From an uncultured Gemmatimonadaceae bacterium (GTDB lineage: Bacteria > Gemmatimonadota > Gemmatimonadetes > Gemmatimonadales > Gemmatimonadaceae): a stretch of 64,000 bases of DNA. The DNA is taken from positions 992,001 through 1,056,000 of the forward strand of contig CAVUDW010000002.1 in NCBI GenBank assembly GCA_963740355.1. Reading direction: 5' to 3'. Below, piece after piece: positions 1 to 10,846 of the stretch. Made by a program: the position numbers and the translations under genes. The notes beneath the pieces are model-generated. The model had not been told where the DNA came from. It worked only from the letters and a program-made list of their open reading frames with translations, and ran no database searches. The stretch's first letter is position 1, and every line of letters starts with the position of its first letter.

Positions 1-16
1 TTCTCAGGAGTCTTAG

Positions 17-634
17 ATGGGTTCGCTCGTGCAGTTCGTCTGCTTCACCACCGTGCTGCCGCAGGAAGAGTTTCTGCAGGCCTGGGAGCCGTTCGCCTCC
101 GGTTTTCTCTCCCGGGGCATCGAGCGGATCGTGCTCTCCGAGAACACCGAGCGGGACAGTGAGTCGGCGTTCGACTATGTCTCCCGGAACCTGTGGGACG
201 AAAGCCGGTTCGAGCGGGCGTTCCCGCATGGTGTGCGCGGGAGTGGCGGGCTGGGGCCGATCGGCGTGCTCCAGGCGGGTGGTTTTCGCCTGGCGGAAGC
301 CGCCGGCATCGAGCCGACCACGGGCCCGCGCGAGGAGGCCAAGGTGATGGTGTTCCTCATGACGCGGATCGGCCATCGCGAACCGGCCCGGGTCGCCGTT
401 CGCCACGCGCTCCAGCAACAGTCAGTCGCCGCCCACGCCATCTTCCTCAAGGATGGCGATGCCCGGACCGATCGGTTCGACATGGTGGTCGAGGCGTACG
501 TCCGCGACGGCGCCACCGACGAGATCATTTCACTGCTCCGAGCCGCCACGGCAACACACGTCACGGCAGCGCCGGTGATCGTCGGCGCCTACCACGAAGT
601 GGCAGAGATGGGTGTCGAGGCGAAACGCGGATAG
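17..634 (+). CDS. Hypothetical protein, possibly a duplicated dimeric alpha+beta barrel (EthD/ABM-like)
   Basis: AGGAG RBS upstream of ATG; two half-domains with similar FDYVS/FDMVVE strands; fold is a guess. Confidence 0.6.
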   Translation: MGSLVQFVCFTTVLPQEEFLQAWEPFASGFLSRGIERIVLSENTERDSESAFDYVSRNLWDESRFERAFPHGVRGSGGLGPIGVLQAGGFRLAEAAGIEPTTGPREEAKVMVFLMTRIGHREPARVAVRHALQQQSVAAHAIFLKDGDARTDRFDMVVEAYVRDGATDEIISLLRAATATHVTAAPVIVGAYHEVAEMGVEAKRG

Positions 635-709
635 CGTCACCGTTGGGCGTTGCGCTCCGCGCATCGGGGCGCAAAGGCTCGCGTTGGTCGTGCCACGCAT
701 CCACATTCG

Positions 710-750
710 ACGGGTTCCAGCGCCACTGCGCCGGAACCCGTTCGTTGTTT
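710..750 (+). terminator. Hairpin, probable intrinsic terminator
   Basis: ACGGGTTCC...GGAACCCGT stem followed by T-rich TCGTTGTTT. Confidence 0.45.
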
Positions 751-802
751 CTCCGGTGCCGATCTGCGGCGCGTGGCTTCTGACCGTGACAGGAACTCTT
801 CC

Positions 803-2443
803 ATGATGCGTCGTCCTCGCTGGGTTGTGGTGGTTGGTGCCGTCAGTGCCCTGAGCGCAGCCATGCTGCCCACTCCAGTACAGGCGACGATCGCATTCGC
901 CTCGGCCTCGACGCCGCGCGCCGCGAGCTACGACGCCCTGGTGACCTTCTTCCGCGACTGGCGCGCCTTTCAGCGGGCGCCGATCACGAATAGTGCGCCG
1001 GACTACTCGGTCCGCGCGATGGCGGCGCAGCAACGTGCGTTGCCGACGTGGCAGCGTCGGTTGGCGGCGATCGACACGACGGGATGGACCGTTGCCCAGC
1101 GTGTGGATTGGCACATCGTGCGCGCTGAGATGGCGGGACTGGAATTCGATCATCGCGTGCGCCGGCCGTGGGCGACCAATCCTGCGTTTTATGTGACGGT
1201 GTTCGGCGACCAGAGCGATCAGCCGGGTCGTGAAGGGCCGTTCGCCGATGGCGCGATCGAAGTCTGGGCCGAGTCTTTTCCGTTGAGCACCGCACGCGCT
1301 GATGCAATGCGCAGTGCACTGCGTGCGATTCCGGTGTTGCTCACGCAGGCACGCCTCAACCTCACCGGCAACGGCGCTGATCTCTGGAAGTACGCCGGCG
1401 GCAGCGTGCGCGGTCAGAGCGATGAGCTGAAGGTGCTGGCCACGAAGGTGCCCGCCGATCTCGCGGCTGACGTGCAGCGAGCCAGAGAGGCCACCGATGC
1501 GTTCGCCACCTGGATCGATGCGCAGGCGCCACTGAAGCGGGGACAGTCAGGAGTCGGCATCGCGAACTACAACTGGTACCTGAAGAACGTGATGCTGGTG
1601 CCGTACACCTGGGCCGAGGAGGTGGCGATCATGGATCGCGAGCTGGCCCGGTCACAGGCGCTGATGACCCTCGAGGAAGTGAAGAATGCTGCGCTTCCGC
1701 CGCAGGTGCCGTTGAGCAGCCAGGCCGAACACACGCGCCTCTACACGCAGGGCGTGACCGACTACATGGCCTTCCTCAAGGCGCATGACATCATGACGAT
1801 CCGTCCCGACATGGATCCGGCGTTGCGCGCGCAGACGGGATCGTTCATTGCCGGGCCACGCGAGTTCTTCTACGAAGTGGACTACCGTGATCCGGAAGTG
1901 ATGCGGACCCACGGCTTCCACTGGTTCGATCTCGCGTACGCCAAGAACACCCCGCATGCCAGCCCGATCCGCCGCGGCCCGCTGCTCTACAACATTTTCG
2001 TCACGCGCACCGAGGGGAACGCGACGGGGTGGGAGGAGATGATGCTCGCGGCCGGCATGTTCGACAGCAAGCCGCGCTCACGTGAGCTGATCTACATCCT
2101 GCTGGCGGAACGTGCCGCGCGCGCACTTGGTGACCTGCGCATGCATGCCAACCAGATGACCCTCGAGGAAGCTTCGGCCTACGCCTCGAAATACACGCCG
2201 AGAAACTGGTTGCGTATGGACGGGAAGCTCGTGCGCGGAGAGCAGCACCTCTACCTGCAGCAGCCCGGATACGGCACCAGCTACGTGATCGGGAAGATCC
2301 AGGTCGAGGAGCTGATGATGGAGCGCAAGCGCACACTCGGCGAGAACTTCTCGATGCGACAGTTCATGGACACGTTCACCGCGGCCGGCCTGATTCCGAT
2401 GTCGCTGCTGACCTGGGAGATGACGGGAATTCCGCCGCGGTGA
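803..2443 (+). CDS. DUF885 family secreted protein (metallopeptidase-like)
   Basis: Signal peptide from ATG 803; EGNATGWEE, D-LRMH and PGYGTSYVIGK motifs typical of DUF885. Confidence 0.75.
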   Translation: MMRRPRWVVVVGAVSALSAAMLPTPVQATIAFASASTPRAASYDALVTFFRDWRAFQRAPITNSAPDYSVRAMAAQQRALPTWQRRLAAIDTTGWTVAQRVDWHIVRAEMAGLEFDHRVRRPWATNPAFYVTVFGDQSDQPGREGPFADGAIEVWAESFPLSTARADAMRSALRAIPVLLTQARLNLTGNGADLWKYAGGSVRGQSDELKVLATKVPADLAADVQRAREATDAFATWIDAQAPLKRGQSGVGIANYNWYLKNVMLVPYTWAEEVAIMDRELARSQALMTLEEVKNAALPPQVPLSSQAEHTRLYTQGVTDYMAFLKAHDIMTIRPDMDPALRAQTGSFIAGPREFFYEVDYRDPEVMRTHGFHWFDLAYAKNTPHASPIRRGPLLYNIFVTRTEGNATGWEEMMLAAGMFDSKPRSRELIYILLAERAARALGDLRMHANQMTLEEASAYASKYTPRNWLRMDGKLVRGEQHLYLQQPGYGTSYVIGKIQVEELMMERKRTLGENFSMRQFMDTFTAAGLIPMSLLTWEMTGIPPR

Positions 2444-2455
2444 TCTGCCCCCGTT

Positions 2456-2504
2456 GGTGCATGGTGGGTGCATGGTGGGTGCATGGTGAGTGCACGGTCG
2501 GTGC
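2456..2504. repeat. 11-bp tandem repeat GGTGCATGGTG x3 plus degenerate copies
   Basis: Perfect units at 2456, 2467, 2478; degenerate unit at 2489. Confidence 0.85.
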
Positions 2505-2556
2505 GGCGAACCGTCAGGCGCCGCACCGCGCCATGTCTGCGATGGCTGGCTGGTGA

Positions 2557-3339
2557 TCAGACGCGCTTGTAGACACGCTGGGTCAGCAGCCGCTTGATCC
2601 AGCTCGGGATGTAGCGCAACAGCAGCACGATCACCTTGTACTGCGCGCCTGGGATGCAAATGACGGCGCCATTGGACTCGAACTGTCGGAGCGACGTTTC
2701 CACGACGTTTTCCGCCGCGAGCCACAGCCACTCCGGCGCCTTGCCGCGCTGGTCAAACTGCATGCGGGCATGGAACTCCGTGTGTGTGAAGCCGGGGCAG
2801 AGCGCCTGCACCCGAATGCCGAACGGCGCACATTCCAGCGCCAGCCCTTCGCTCAGGCTGCGCTGATAGGCCTTGGTGGCGCAGTAGTTCACATTGCCGG
2901 TGCTGTTGGCGAAGCTGGCGACGCTGGAGACGGTGATGATGCCGCCGCGCCTGGCCGGCTTCATGACGCGCAGTGCCGCCTGCGTCAGTCGGTTCACGGC
3001 CAGCACATGGAGCCGGAGCATCTGGTCCTGCGCTTCGAGCGGGGCGTCGGCCAGCTCACCCTTGGTGGCGAATCCTGCGTTGTTCACCAGCAGGTCGAGG
3101 TGGCCCGCGGCAGCGATCGCCGCGGCCGCCGCCTCGGCGCCGGCATCGGTGCTCAGGTCCGCCACCACTGCCGTGGCACTGGCGCCGAGCAGCCGGAGTT
3201 CAGCTGCCAGCGCCGTCAGGCGTTCAAAATCCCTGGCTACGAGGCACAAGTCGTAGCCGCGGGCGGCCAGTTTGGTGGCGTACACCTTGCCGATGCCAGA
3301 GGAGGCACCGGTGACGAGGGCAAGCGGACGAGGAGGCAT
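2557..3339 (-). CDS. Short-chain dehydrogenase/reductase (SDR)
   Basis: TGASSGIG, NNAG, YCATK motifs. Confidence 0.92.
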   Translation of the reverse strand: MPPRPLALVTGASSGIGKVYATKLAARGYDLCLVARDFERLTALAAELRLLGASATAVVADLSTDAGAEAAAAAIAAAGHLDLLVNNAGFATKGELADAPLEAQDQMLRLHVLAVNRLTQAALRVMKPARRGGIITVSSVASFANSTGNVNYCATKAYQRSLSEGLALECAPFGIRVQALCPGFTHTEFHARMQFDQRGKAPEWLWLAAENVVETSLRQFESNGAVICIPGAQYKVIVLLLRYIPSWIKRLLTQRVYKRV

Positions 3340-3455
3340 GCTGGAATAATGGCATTCTGCACTGTCCGGTGTCCTGCGGGACCGGGGTCACCCGGGCTAA
3401 ATTTCCCTGTTCGAGCAGGGCTCCGTTTTCTCTACAGCCATTGGGAGTGCCAGCG

Positions 3456-4211
3456 GTGAAGATCGCCGTGTGCATCAAGCGCGTCGCCGACATGGGTGCG
3501 CGTTTTCAGATTGGCGCCGACGGCGCCTCGGTGTCAGACACCGGTATCAAGTACGACATCAGCGACTTCGACGAGTGGGCGGTCGAGGCGGCGCTGCAAC
3601 AGAATGAGAAACATGGCGGTGGCGAAGTCACCGTCATTTCGCTGGGACCGGATGCGGCGCAGGAAACGATCCGCAAGGCACTCGCGATGGGTGCCGACAA
3701 GGGTGTGCACCTGAAGACCGACAAGATTCCGTTCGATGGCTTTGCGATCGCCGAAGCGTTGGCGGCGGAGTTGAAGGATGGTGGCTACGACCTGATCCTG
3801 TTTGGCCGCATCGCGGTTGACAGCGCCGCCGGTGTGACCGGCGCGATGGTGGCCGAGCTGCTCGGCTTGCCGTGTGTGACGGCCGTCTCGAAGCTCGACA
3901 TCAGCGGTACCAGCGGGACTGCCGAGCGCCAGGTCGAAGGGGGCGTCGAGACATTGTCATTCCCGTTGCCGGCACTCTGCACGATCGACCAGGGCCTCGT
4001 GACCCAGGCGCGGTACCCGAGCCTGAAGGGCATCATGGCCGCAAAGAAGAAGCCGCTCGAGAGCAAGCCGGCACAGCTTGGCGCGATCTCCGTCAGCGTC
4101 CGCAAGATGGAACTACCACCGGAGCGTTCCGCCGGTCGCATCGTGGGTGAAGGTGCGGCTGCAGTTCCGGAACTGATCCGACTCCTCCAGACCGAAGCGA
4201 AGGTGCTCTGA
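3456..4211 (+). CDS. etfB: Electron transfer flavoprotein beta subunit
   Basis: GTG start; KIAVCIKRV, ALAMGAD, RYPSLKGIMAAKKKP. Confidence 0.95.
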   Translation: MKIAVCIKRVADMGARFQIGADGASVSDTGIKYDISDFDEWAVEAALQQNEKHGGGEVTVISLGPDAAQETIRKALAMGADKGVHLKTDKIPFDGFAIAEALAAELKDGGYDLILFGRIAVDSAAGVTGAMVAELLGLPCVTAVSKLDISGTSGTAERQVEGGVETLSFPLPALCTIDQGLVTQARYPSLKGIMAAKKKPLESKPAQLGAISVSVRKMELPPERSAGRIVGEGAAAVPELIRLLQTEAKVL

Positions 4212-4212
4212 G

Positions 4213-5202
4213 ATGGCAAACAACATTCTGGTGGTGGCAGAAGCGCGCGCCGGTGATGTGCGCAAGGTCGCACTCGAAGTGGTGACGGCCGCGCGCACAG
4301 TGGCTGATGGACTGGGTGGCGAGGTGCACGCGATGGTGTTCGGTGCCGCGGGCATCGGCAGTGTCGCTGCCAAGCTTGCGGCTGCAGGGGCTGACGTCGT
4401 GTTGGTCGTGGAGCATGAGGGCTTCGCGACATACAACGCAGAAGCGTCAGCAGCGACGGTGGCAGCGCACATCACGAGCGGCGGCTATCGGGCCGCGCTC
4501 TTCGGGGCGAGCGCGATGGGGCAGGATCTCGCACCGCGTATCGGTGCCAAGCTGCGAGTGGGTGTTGCAGCTGACGTGGTGGCCGTTGGTGTGGAGGGCA
4601 GCGACATCGTCGTTCGCCATCCGATGAACACGAACAAGATCATCGCCACCATGGTGCTGTCGTCCACGCCGGCCTTGGTGAGTGTGCGACCGGGCGCCGT
4701 GAGCGTGGGTACGACCGCGAAGGCCGGCACCGTGCAGTCGGTGGCGCCAGCGATGGATCCATCGGCCGGCCGCGTGAAGGTGACCGGAGTGACGATGGGT
4801 GGCGGCGCGAAGCTCGACCTCGCCGAGGCACCGGTGATCGTGAGCGGTGGTCGCGGCCTCAAGGCTGCCGAGCACTTCTCGCTGGTCGAAGACCTCGCGG
4901 CCGCATTCGGCAATGCTGCCGTCGGTGCGACCCGCGCCGTGACCGATGACGGCTGGCGTCCGCACAGCGACCAGATCGGCCAGACTGGCCGACAGGTTTC
5001 ACCCGATCTCTACGTGGCGGTCGGCATCAGTGGCGCCATCCAGCACATCGCTGGCATGCGCAACTCGAAGACGATCGTGGCCATCAACAAGGACAAGGAT
5101 GCGCCGATCTTCAAGGTCGCCGACTACGGGATCGTCGGTGATGCATTCGAGATCATGCCGGCGTTGACGGCGGCGGTGAAGGCCGCGCGCGCACAGCACT
5201 AG
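4213..5202 (+). CDS. etfA: Electron transfer flavoprotein alpha subunit
   Basis: [25 protein letters not shown]. Confidence 0.96.
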   Translation: MANNILVVAEARAGDVRKVALEVVTAARTVADGLGGEVHAMVFGAAGIGSVAAKLAAAGADVVLVVEHEGFATYNAEASAATVAAHITSGGYRAALFGASAMGQDLAPRIGAKLRVGVAADVVAVGVEGSDIVVRHPMNTNKIIATMVLSSTPALVSVRPGAVSVGTTAKAGTVQSVAPAMDPSAGRVKVTGVTMGGGAKLDLAEAPVIVSGGRGLKAAEHFSLVEDLAAAFGNAAVGATRAVTDDGWRPHSDQIGQTGRQVSPDLYVAVGISGAIQHIAGMRNSKTIVAINKDKDAPIFKVADYGIVGDAFEIMPALTAAVKAARAQH

Positions 5203-5231
5203 GCTGCTGGTTCTGATATGTGAAGGGCTCT

Positions 5232-5269
5232 GCGGGCGCGGTCGCGATGACTGCGCCCGCCGTTAGTTT
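5232..5269 (+). terminator. Intergenic hairpin followed by TTAGTTT
   Basis: GCGGGCGCGGTC-gcgat-GACTGCGCCCGC. Confidence 0.45.
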
Positions 5270-5333
5270 CCGGGAATCAGGATCGTGCCAACTGGCGCGG
5301 TCCCTTCGCACGCTCCACCGAACTGGGATCGCC

Positions 5334-7415
5334 ATGTCCGGGCAGAACTTCGCATTTCTGATCGTCCTCATCGTCGCGCTGGGCTTCTTCAGCTACAACA
5401 TCCAGCGGCTGGTCAGCTACCTCCGACTCGGCAAGGCGGAGAACCGGCTCGATCATCCAGGGCGTCGCACGTGGAACCTGATCACGATTGGATTTGCGCA
5501 GTCGAAGATCTTGCGTGAGCGCGGGGCGGGACTCTCGCACGCCTCGGTGTTCTGGGGTTTTCTCGTTCTGACCGCGGGCACGGCCGAGATCCTGCTGCAC
5601 GGCGTCTGGCCCGCGTTCAGCTACGAATCGATTCTGCCGCGGCTGCTCTGGCAGCTGTTCATGCTGAGCCAGGAGTTGTTCGCCGTGGTGGTGCTGGTTG
5701 CGGTGAGCTGGCTTCTCTGGCGCCGATTGGTGGCACCACCCCGGCGATTGCAGGGCAAGGAGATTCACGGTACGGAGGCGGTTATCATCCTCTGCGTGAT
5801 CGCCGCGCTGATGCTGACGATCTACACCACCGGCGCCCTCGAATACGCGTCAGATCCTGCAGTACGGAATACGCAGTTCGGGTGGTTTCGCCCGATCTCC
5901 ACCGGGCTTGGCGCGTTCCTTACAAGTGTGCCGGGCACGCACGCCGCGCATGACGTGAGCTTCTGGGCACACGCACTGCTGGTGCTGGGCTTCCTCAACT
6001 TCCTGCCGTACTCGAAGCATCTTCATGTCGTGAGTTCGCTGATCAACGTCTGGTTCAGTGATACCAGCGGGCCGGCGAAGATCGGCGTGATGCGCCCGAT
6101 GGACCTCGAGGCCGAGGTGGAGCAGTTCGGCGCCAGCGACGTCGATCACCTCTCGTGGAAGAACCTGCTCGATGGCTACAGCTGCACCGAGTGTGGTCGA
6201 TGCACTGCTGCCTGCCCTGCGAACATCACCGGCAAGCCACTCAGTCCGCGCAAGATCGTCGTCGACACCCGCAAGCGCTTGATGGAGAAGGCGCCTTTGC
6301 TGGCCGGTGAGCTGGACGTGCCGGGGAGTGCGGCGCTGCTGCTGGGTGCAGAAGGTGGCAAGGCGGCCTTCGACAACGTGCTGCTCGACAACTACATCAC
6401 CGAGGACGAACTCTGGGCCTGCACCAGCTGTCGCGCCTGCGTGACTGAATGTCCGGTGAGTATCGACCAGCTGGACATCATCAACGAGCTCCGTCGCGGC
6501 CTGGTGTTGAACGAAGGCCGCTTCCCGGAGGAAGTGCAGCCGACCTTCGAGTCACTGGAGACGAACGCCTCGCCGTGGGCCTTCAGCCCGGCCGATCGCG
6601 CGCAGTGGAGCGAAGGGATGAACATCCCGACGTATGCCGAGGCGTTCGCGGAAGGGAAGCGTCCGGACATCCTCTTCTGGGTGGGATGCATGGGCAGCTT
6701 CGACGATCGCGCGAAGAAGATCACGGTCGCATTCGCGCGCATCCTGCAGGCGGCCAACATCGACTTCGCGATCCTCGGACAGGAAGAGACCTGCCACGGC
6801 GACCCGGCCCGTCGCCTTGGCAACGAATATCTCTACCAGACGCTGGCCAAGGGGACGATCGAGACCCTCGATCGGTATGAAGTGAAGACAGTCGTCACCT
6901 TCTGCCCGCATTGCTTCCACCAGATGGGCAACGAGTTCCCGCAGCTCGGTGGCAACTATGAAGTCATCCACCACAGCACGTATATCGAGCGGCTGCTGAA
7001 CGAAGGCCTGATTCCGCTCAACACGGAGCATGGCAAGCGCCTCACGATGACGTATCACGACTCGTGTTACCTGGGCCGCTACAACGACGTCTACAGCGCT
7101 CCGCGTGAGACGCTGAAGCGTGCGCTGCCGATCATGACGCTGGTCGAACCGGTGCGCACCGAAAGTCGCGGCCTCTGCTGCGGCGCCGGCGGCGGTCGCA
7201 TGTTCGTCGACGAAATGGTGGGCAAGCGCATCAACGTCGAACGCACCGAGGAACTCGTCGCCACCGGTGCCGACGTGATCGCCGTCGCCTGTCCGTTCTG
7301 CATGACGATGATGACCGATGGCGTGGCCAAGCTCGAGAAGGACGTCTCAGTCCTCGACATCAGCGAAGTCGTCGCCCAGCAACTGCTTCCGTCGCGTCAG
7401 AGCCTCAGCGCGTGA
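5334..7415 (+). CDS. Membrane Fe-S oxidoreductase (FadF/EtfD-like; probable ETF:menaquinone oxidoreductase)
   Basis: N-terminal multi-TM region with His residues; [12 protein letters not shown] and [12 protein letters not shown]; two CCG domains; follows etfBA. Confidence 0.88.
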   Translation: MSGQNFAFLIVLIVALGFFSYNIQRLVSYLRLGKAENRLDHPGRRTWNLITIGFAQSKILRERGAGLSHASVFWGFLVLTAGTAEILLHGVWPAFSYESILPRLLWQLFMLSQELFAVVVLVAVSWLLWRRLVAPPRRLQGKEIHGTEAVIILCVIAALMLTIYTTGALEYASDPAVRNTQFGWFRPISTGLGAFLTSVPGTHAAHDVSFWAHALLVLGFLNFLPYSKHLHVVSSLINVWFSDTSGPAKIGVMRPMDLEAEVEQFGASDVDHLSWKNLLDGYSCTECGRCTAACPANITGKPLSPRKIVVDTRKRLMEKAPLLAGELDVPGSAALLLGAEGGKAAFDNVLLDNYITEDELWACTSCRACVTECPVSIDQLDIINELRRGLVLNEGRFPEEVQPTFESLETNASPWAFSPADRAQWSEGMNIPTYAEAFAEGKRPDILFWVGCMGSFDDRAKKITVAFARILQAANIDFAILGQEETCHGDPARRLGNEYLYQTLAKGTIETLDRYEVKTVVTFCPHCFHQMGNEFPQLGGNYEVIHHSTYIERLLNEGLIPLNTEHGKRLTMTYHDSCYLGRYNDVYSAPRETLKRALPIMTLVEPVRTESRGLCCGAGGGRMFVDEMVGKRINVERTEELVATGADVIAVACPFCMTMMTDGVAKLEKDVSVLDISEVVAQQLLPSRQSLSA

Positions 7416-8073
7416 TGCGCGAGAGGGTGATGGTGTGGGTGCGGCCGCCGGCTTCGATATCGACTTTCGCCACTGTCTCGCAGGAGAGCGCGTGGCTGAT
7501 GCACCAGTCGGGGAAGCCGGCGGAGCCGACGCGGCCGGGGTCGGCGATCCAGCCTTCACCGTGCTGGCCGAGTGACTGGGCCATCACGCGGGCGATGAGC
7601 GGCGCGTTGCGCTGTTCGTAGAGCACGTCCGAGGCGACGATCATGTCGAAGCCGCGCAAGTCGTTCGGCCAGCTGTTCCAGTCGGCACAGCGGGCCGTGA
7701 TGTCGACCTGTGCGTTGCGCCAGGCGTTGATGCGGGCGAAGTGTGGTGAGTCCTCGTAGTAGTCAGTCGCCGTGACGTCGAAGCCGGCTCGTGCCGCGGC
7801 CGTCGCGACCACGCCGCTCCCACACCCCAGTTCGAGCATCGTGCGCCCTTCTCCGCGCAGGCCGCGAAGGAAACGGGACAGCACCACCGATGCTGGCCAG
7901 AGGTCGGCCCAGTATGGCAATCGATCATCGACCGCAAAATCCTGCTCCGAGATCAGCTCATCGGAGTTCGCCGGATGCAGGATCTGGATCACTTCGTCGG
8001 CCGCAATCGTGACCGGCGATTCGATCGTGCGGAACCGACTGCGCAAGTCGAGTTCGAGCGCGTCGGGAGTCAA
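7405..8073 (-). CDS. Class I SAM methyltransferase, lysine-MTase family (Methyltransf_16 / METTL20-21-like)
   Basis: [28 protein letters not shown] start overlapping the moeA stop. Confidence 0.8.
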   Translation of the reverse strand: MTPDALELDLRSRFRTIESPVTIAADEVIQILHPANSDELISEQDFAVDDRLPYWADLWPASVVLSRFLRGLRGEGRTMLELGCGSGVVATAAARAGFDVTATDYYEDSPHFARINAWRNAQVDITARCADWNSWPNDLRGFDMIVASDVLYEQRNAPLIARVMAQSLGQHGEGWIADPGRVGSAGFPDWCISHALSCETVAKVDIEAGGRTHTITLSRITR

Positions 8074-9323
8074 AACGTCCAAGCAACCGCCATCTGTGAG
8101 TTGTCGTGCAGCAGTACCGCGTGCGCTGATGCGCCCTCGGGAAGATACGTCACATCGTGCGGAACGATCAGCAGTGCATTGGCCGCGGCCATCGACGTCA
8201 GCATCCCCGATCCTTGCGGGCCCGTCAGTGCAGCCCGCCGGTCCGGTGTCACGACCGCGCGAAGAAAATGCGTCAGGCCACCCTGCGTTCGCACCGGTTC
8301 CGCGACCGTCACTGGCACCGGTGTGCGCACCACGTTCGTGTGCCCCCTCAATCGCAACAGCGCCGGGCGGACAAACAGCTCGAACGTCACCATCGACGAG
8401 ACCGGATTGCCAGGCAGGCCGAACCACGGCCTTCCACCAAGATTACCGAAACCGAATGGACCACCCGGTCGCATTCGCACACGCCAGAAGTCGAGTGATG
8501 CACCCAGCCGTTGCACCACGTCACGTGTGTAGTCGAACGCACCGACACTGATGCCACCGCAGGTGACGAGTACATCGAATGGCGGGGCCGACGTGATGCA
8601 CTCGGCGATCGCCTCGGGGTTGTCGACAGCGATCCCAAGCTCGATGGGGATGCCACCCGCGTCGCGCACTGCCGCCGCCAGGGCATAGCCATTCGTGTTC
8701 ACGATCCGACGTCCGGCCAGCACCTCGGCGAATCCATCGACATCGACCAGCTCGTTGCCCGAGCTGAGGATGGCCACACGCGGACGACGCACGACGTCGA
8801 GAGTGCGTCGACCGCTGCCAGCGGCGAGTCCGATGTGCGGCGGCCGCAACACCGTGCCGGCGCGCAACAGGGTGTCGCCCGCCGAAAAATCCTCGCCACG
8901 CGGCCGCACATTGCGTTCGACATCCCGATCGTTGGTGATGTGAACCACGACTTCGCCCGCATCCGTGTCCTCGACACGAATCACGGTATCGATACCATCG
9001 GGTACTGGAGCGCCGGTCATGATCCGCCATGCGGTACCACGATCCACCGATGTCGGCGCAGCGTCGCCCGCCGCAATGGTCCCTCGGACGGGTAGCAGCA
9101 CCGGCGCAGACGGACTCACGCCGCGTACATCGAGCGAGTGCACGGCATAGCCGTCCATCGCACTGTTGCGCCACGCCGGATGAGTGTGCGGCGCGACGAT
9201 CGTCTCGTCCAGCACACGATCGAGCACGTCAGCAAGCACGACCGGCTCGCTCTCCAGTGGTGCAACGGCGGTCAGGATGCGTGCGATCGCATCCTCGACC
9301 GGAAGGCGTGCCGGTGCTGTCAT
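8070..9323 (-). CDS. moeA: Molybdopterin molybdotransferase
   Basis: SAMDGYAV, IMTGAP, GLPGNPVS. Confidence 0.96.
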   Translation of the reverse strand: MTAPARLPVEDAIARILTAVAPLESEPVVLADVLDRVLDETIVAPHTHPAWRNSAMDGYAVHSLDVRGVSPSAPVLLPVRGTIAAGDAAPTSVDRGTAWRIMTGAPVPDGIDTVIRVEDTDAGEVVVHITNDRDVERNVRPRGEDFSAGDTLLRAGTVLRPPHIGLAAGSGRRTLDVVRRPRVAILSSGNELVDVDGFAEVLAGRRIVNTNGYALAAAVRDAGGIPIELGIAVDNPEAIAECITSAPPFDVLVTCGGISVGAFDYTRDVVQRLGASLDFWRVRMRPGGPFGFGNLGGRPWFGLPGNPVSSMVTFELFVRPALLRLRGHTNVVRTPVPVTVAEPVRTQGGLTHFLRAVVTPDRRAALTGPQGSGMLTSMAAANALLIVPHDVTYLPEGASAHAVLLHDNSQMAVAWTF

Positions 9324-10846
9324 GGAGCCGCCCTGCCCATCGAGACCAATCGCTCGACGATCAGCTCGGCGATCCGGTCAACTTCGCGATTCGGCACCGT
9401 GAAATTGTTGGCGATGATGGAGAAGATGACTTCTTCGCCACCGGCGGTGGTGACGTATCCAGAGAGTGCGCGCGCCTTGTCGATGGTGCCCGTCTTGGCG
9501 AAGACGCGTCCGGCGGCGAAGGAGCGCATCCGATTCTCCAGTGTGCCGTCGACACCCGCCACCGGCAACGCATCGTGGTAGACGCGGTAGTGTGGGCCGC
9601 GCCGCATCGTGTCGAGCACCTGTACCACCAGCCGTGGCGTGAGATAGTCGTGTCGCGACAACCCACTGCCGTCGCGAATGGCATGGGCGTCGGTGCGCAC
9701 GCCCCACGCCGCGAGCTGTCGCTCGACCACCGCTCGGGCACTGTCGGGCCGACCCACACCCGTCGCCTCGAGCGCGATGGTCCGGAACAGTGCTTCGGCA
9801 ATCTGGTTCTGCGATGGCTTCTGCATCGCACCAAGCACCTCACGCAACGGGAGCGAGCGGAGCACGAAGACCGTGTCACGTCCTGCCGGACGCTCGGCGC
9901 CATCGGTGGCCGCGATCCCGGCGCGTGTCAGCGCCTCGACGACTGCGGCGGCGTAGGTCGCACGCTCATCGGGCTGCGACGCGCTGAACTGCACCGAATC
10001 ACCGGCGGCAATTGCGCCACGCACCGTGATGCCAGGAATCTCGAGCGAATCCCGCCACCATTCGAGCACCGGTGCACCCGTGCCACGACCGAGCGTGATC
10101 ACGTCTGCGTGGATCGGAGGCGAATGCTTGAGTGGTGCGGATGTCACACACGCCCTCTTCGCCACTGCGCCGCACCCGGCGACCGTGATGTCGGCGAAGC
10201 CCTCATTGAACAGGAGCTCCGTGACGCCGGCGCCATACGCCGCATCGAGGTCGTCCCAATCCCAGCCGTAGCCGAGCGGGCTCCCGGGAAAGTTGTGGCG
10301 CACGTCAGGGGCCACGCGACCCGCGATCCGTTTCACGCCGGCGGCGCGGAGTGCGCTGACGAGTGAATCGAACGCCGTCAGCGGATCGGTGCGCATCGAC
10401 ACCGACACACTGGGATCACCACGCCCAGTGATCACGAGATCGCCGCGCAGCACACCATTCACGATCGGACCGGTGCGAGTGAACGTCGTACGCCACTGAA
10501 AGTCGGGACCCAGCGATGTGAGGCCAACGGCCGCCGTGATCAACTTCTGGTTCGACGCCGGCATCACCAGTCGGTCGGCCTGCACTGCAGCCAGCGTGTC
10601 CCGACGGTCTGGTGCCACGATCAGGATGCCCCAGTGGGCGCTGCTGAACTGCGGCAGGTTGACCAGCGAATCGACGAACGCCTGCAGCGGCGGGGCGAGA
10701 CTCGGTGTGCTTGCTGGCGGCGCTGGCACCACTGCCGCGGGCGTTGGCGCGGAGGTCGGCATCGGCGTCACGACCGGCGCCGTACGTGCGCAGCCAACTG
10801 ACATGGCACACAGCACAGGCATCAGCATGAAGCGCATGCGCGTCAC
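9320..10846 (-). CDS. dacB: D-Ala-D-Ala carboxypeptidase/endopeptidase PBP4 (S13), lipoprotein
   Basis: PASNQK, SQN, DGSGLS, AKTGT; lipobox SVGC; GTG start overlapping the mobA stop (start uncertain). Confidence 0.92.
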   Translation of the reverse strand: MTRMRFMLMPVLCAMSVGCARTAPVVTPMPTSAPTPAAVVPAPPASTPSLAPPLQAFVDSLVNLPQFSSAHWGILIVAPDRRDTLAAVQADRLVMPASNQKLITAAVGLTSLGPDFQWRTTFTRTGPIVNGVLRGDLVITGRGDPSVSVSMRTDPLTAFDSLVSALRAAGVKRIAGRVAPDVRHNFPGSPLGYGWDWDDLDAAYGAGVTELLFNEGFADITVAGCGAVAKRACVTSAPLKHSPPIHADVITLGRGTGAPVLEWWRDSLEIPGITVRGAIAAGDSVQFSASQPDERATYAAAVVEALTRAGIAATDGAERPAGRDTVFVLRSLPLREVLGAMQKPSQNQIAEALFRTIALEATGVGRPDSARAVVERQLAAWGVRTDAHAIRDGSGLSRHDYLTPRLVVQVLDTMRRGPHYRVYHDALPVAGVDGTLENRMRSFAAGRVFAKTGTIDKARALSGYVTTAGGEEVIFSIIANNFTVPNREVDRIAELIVERLVSMGRAAP

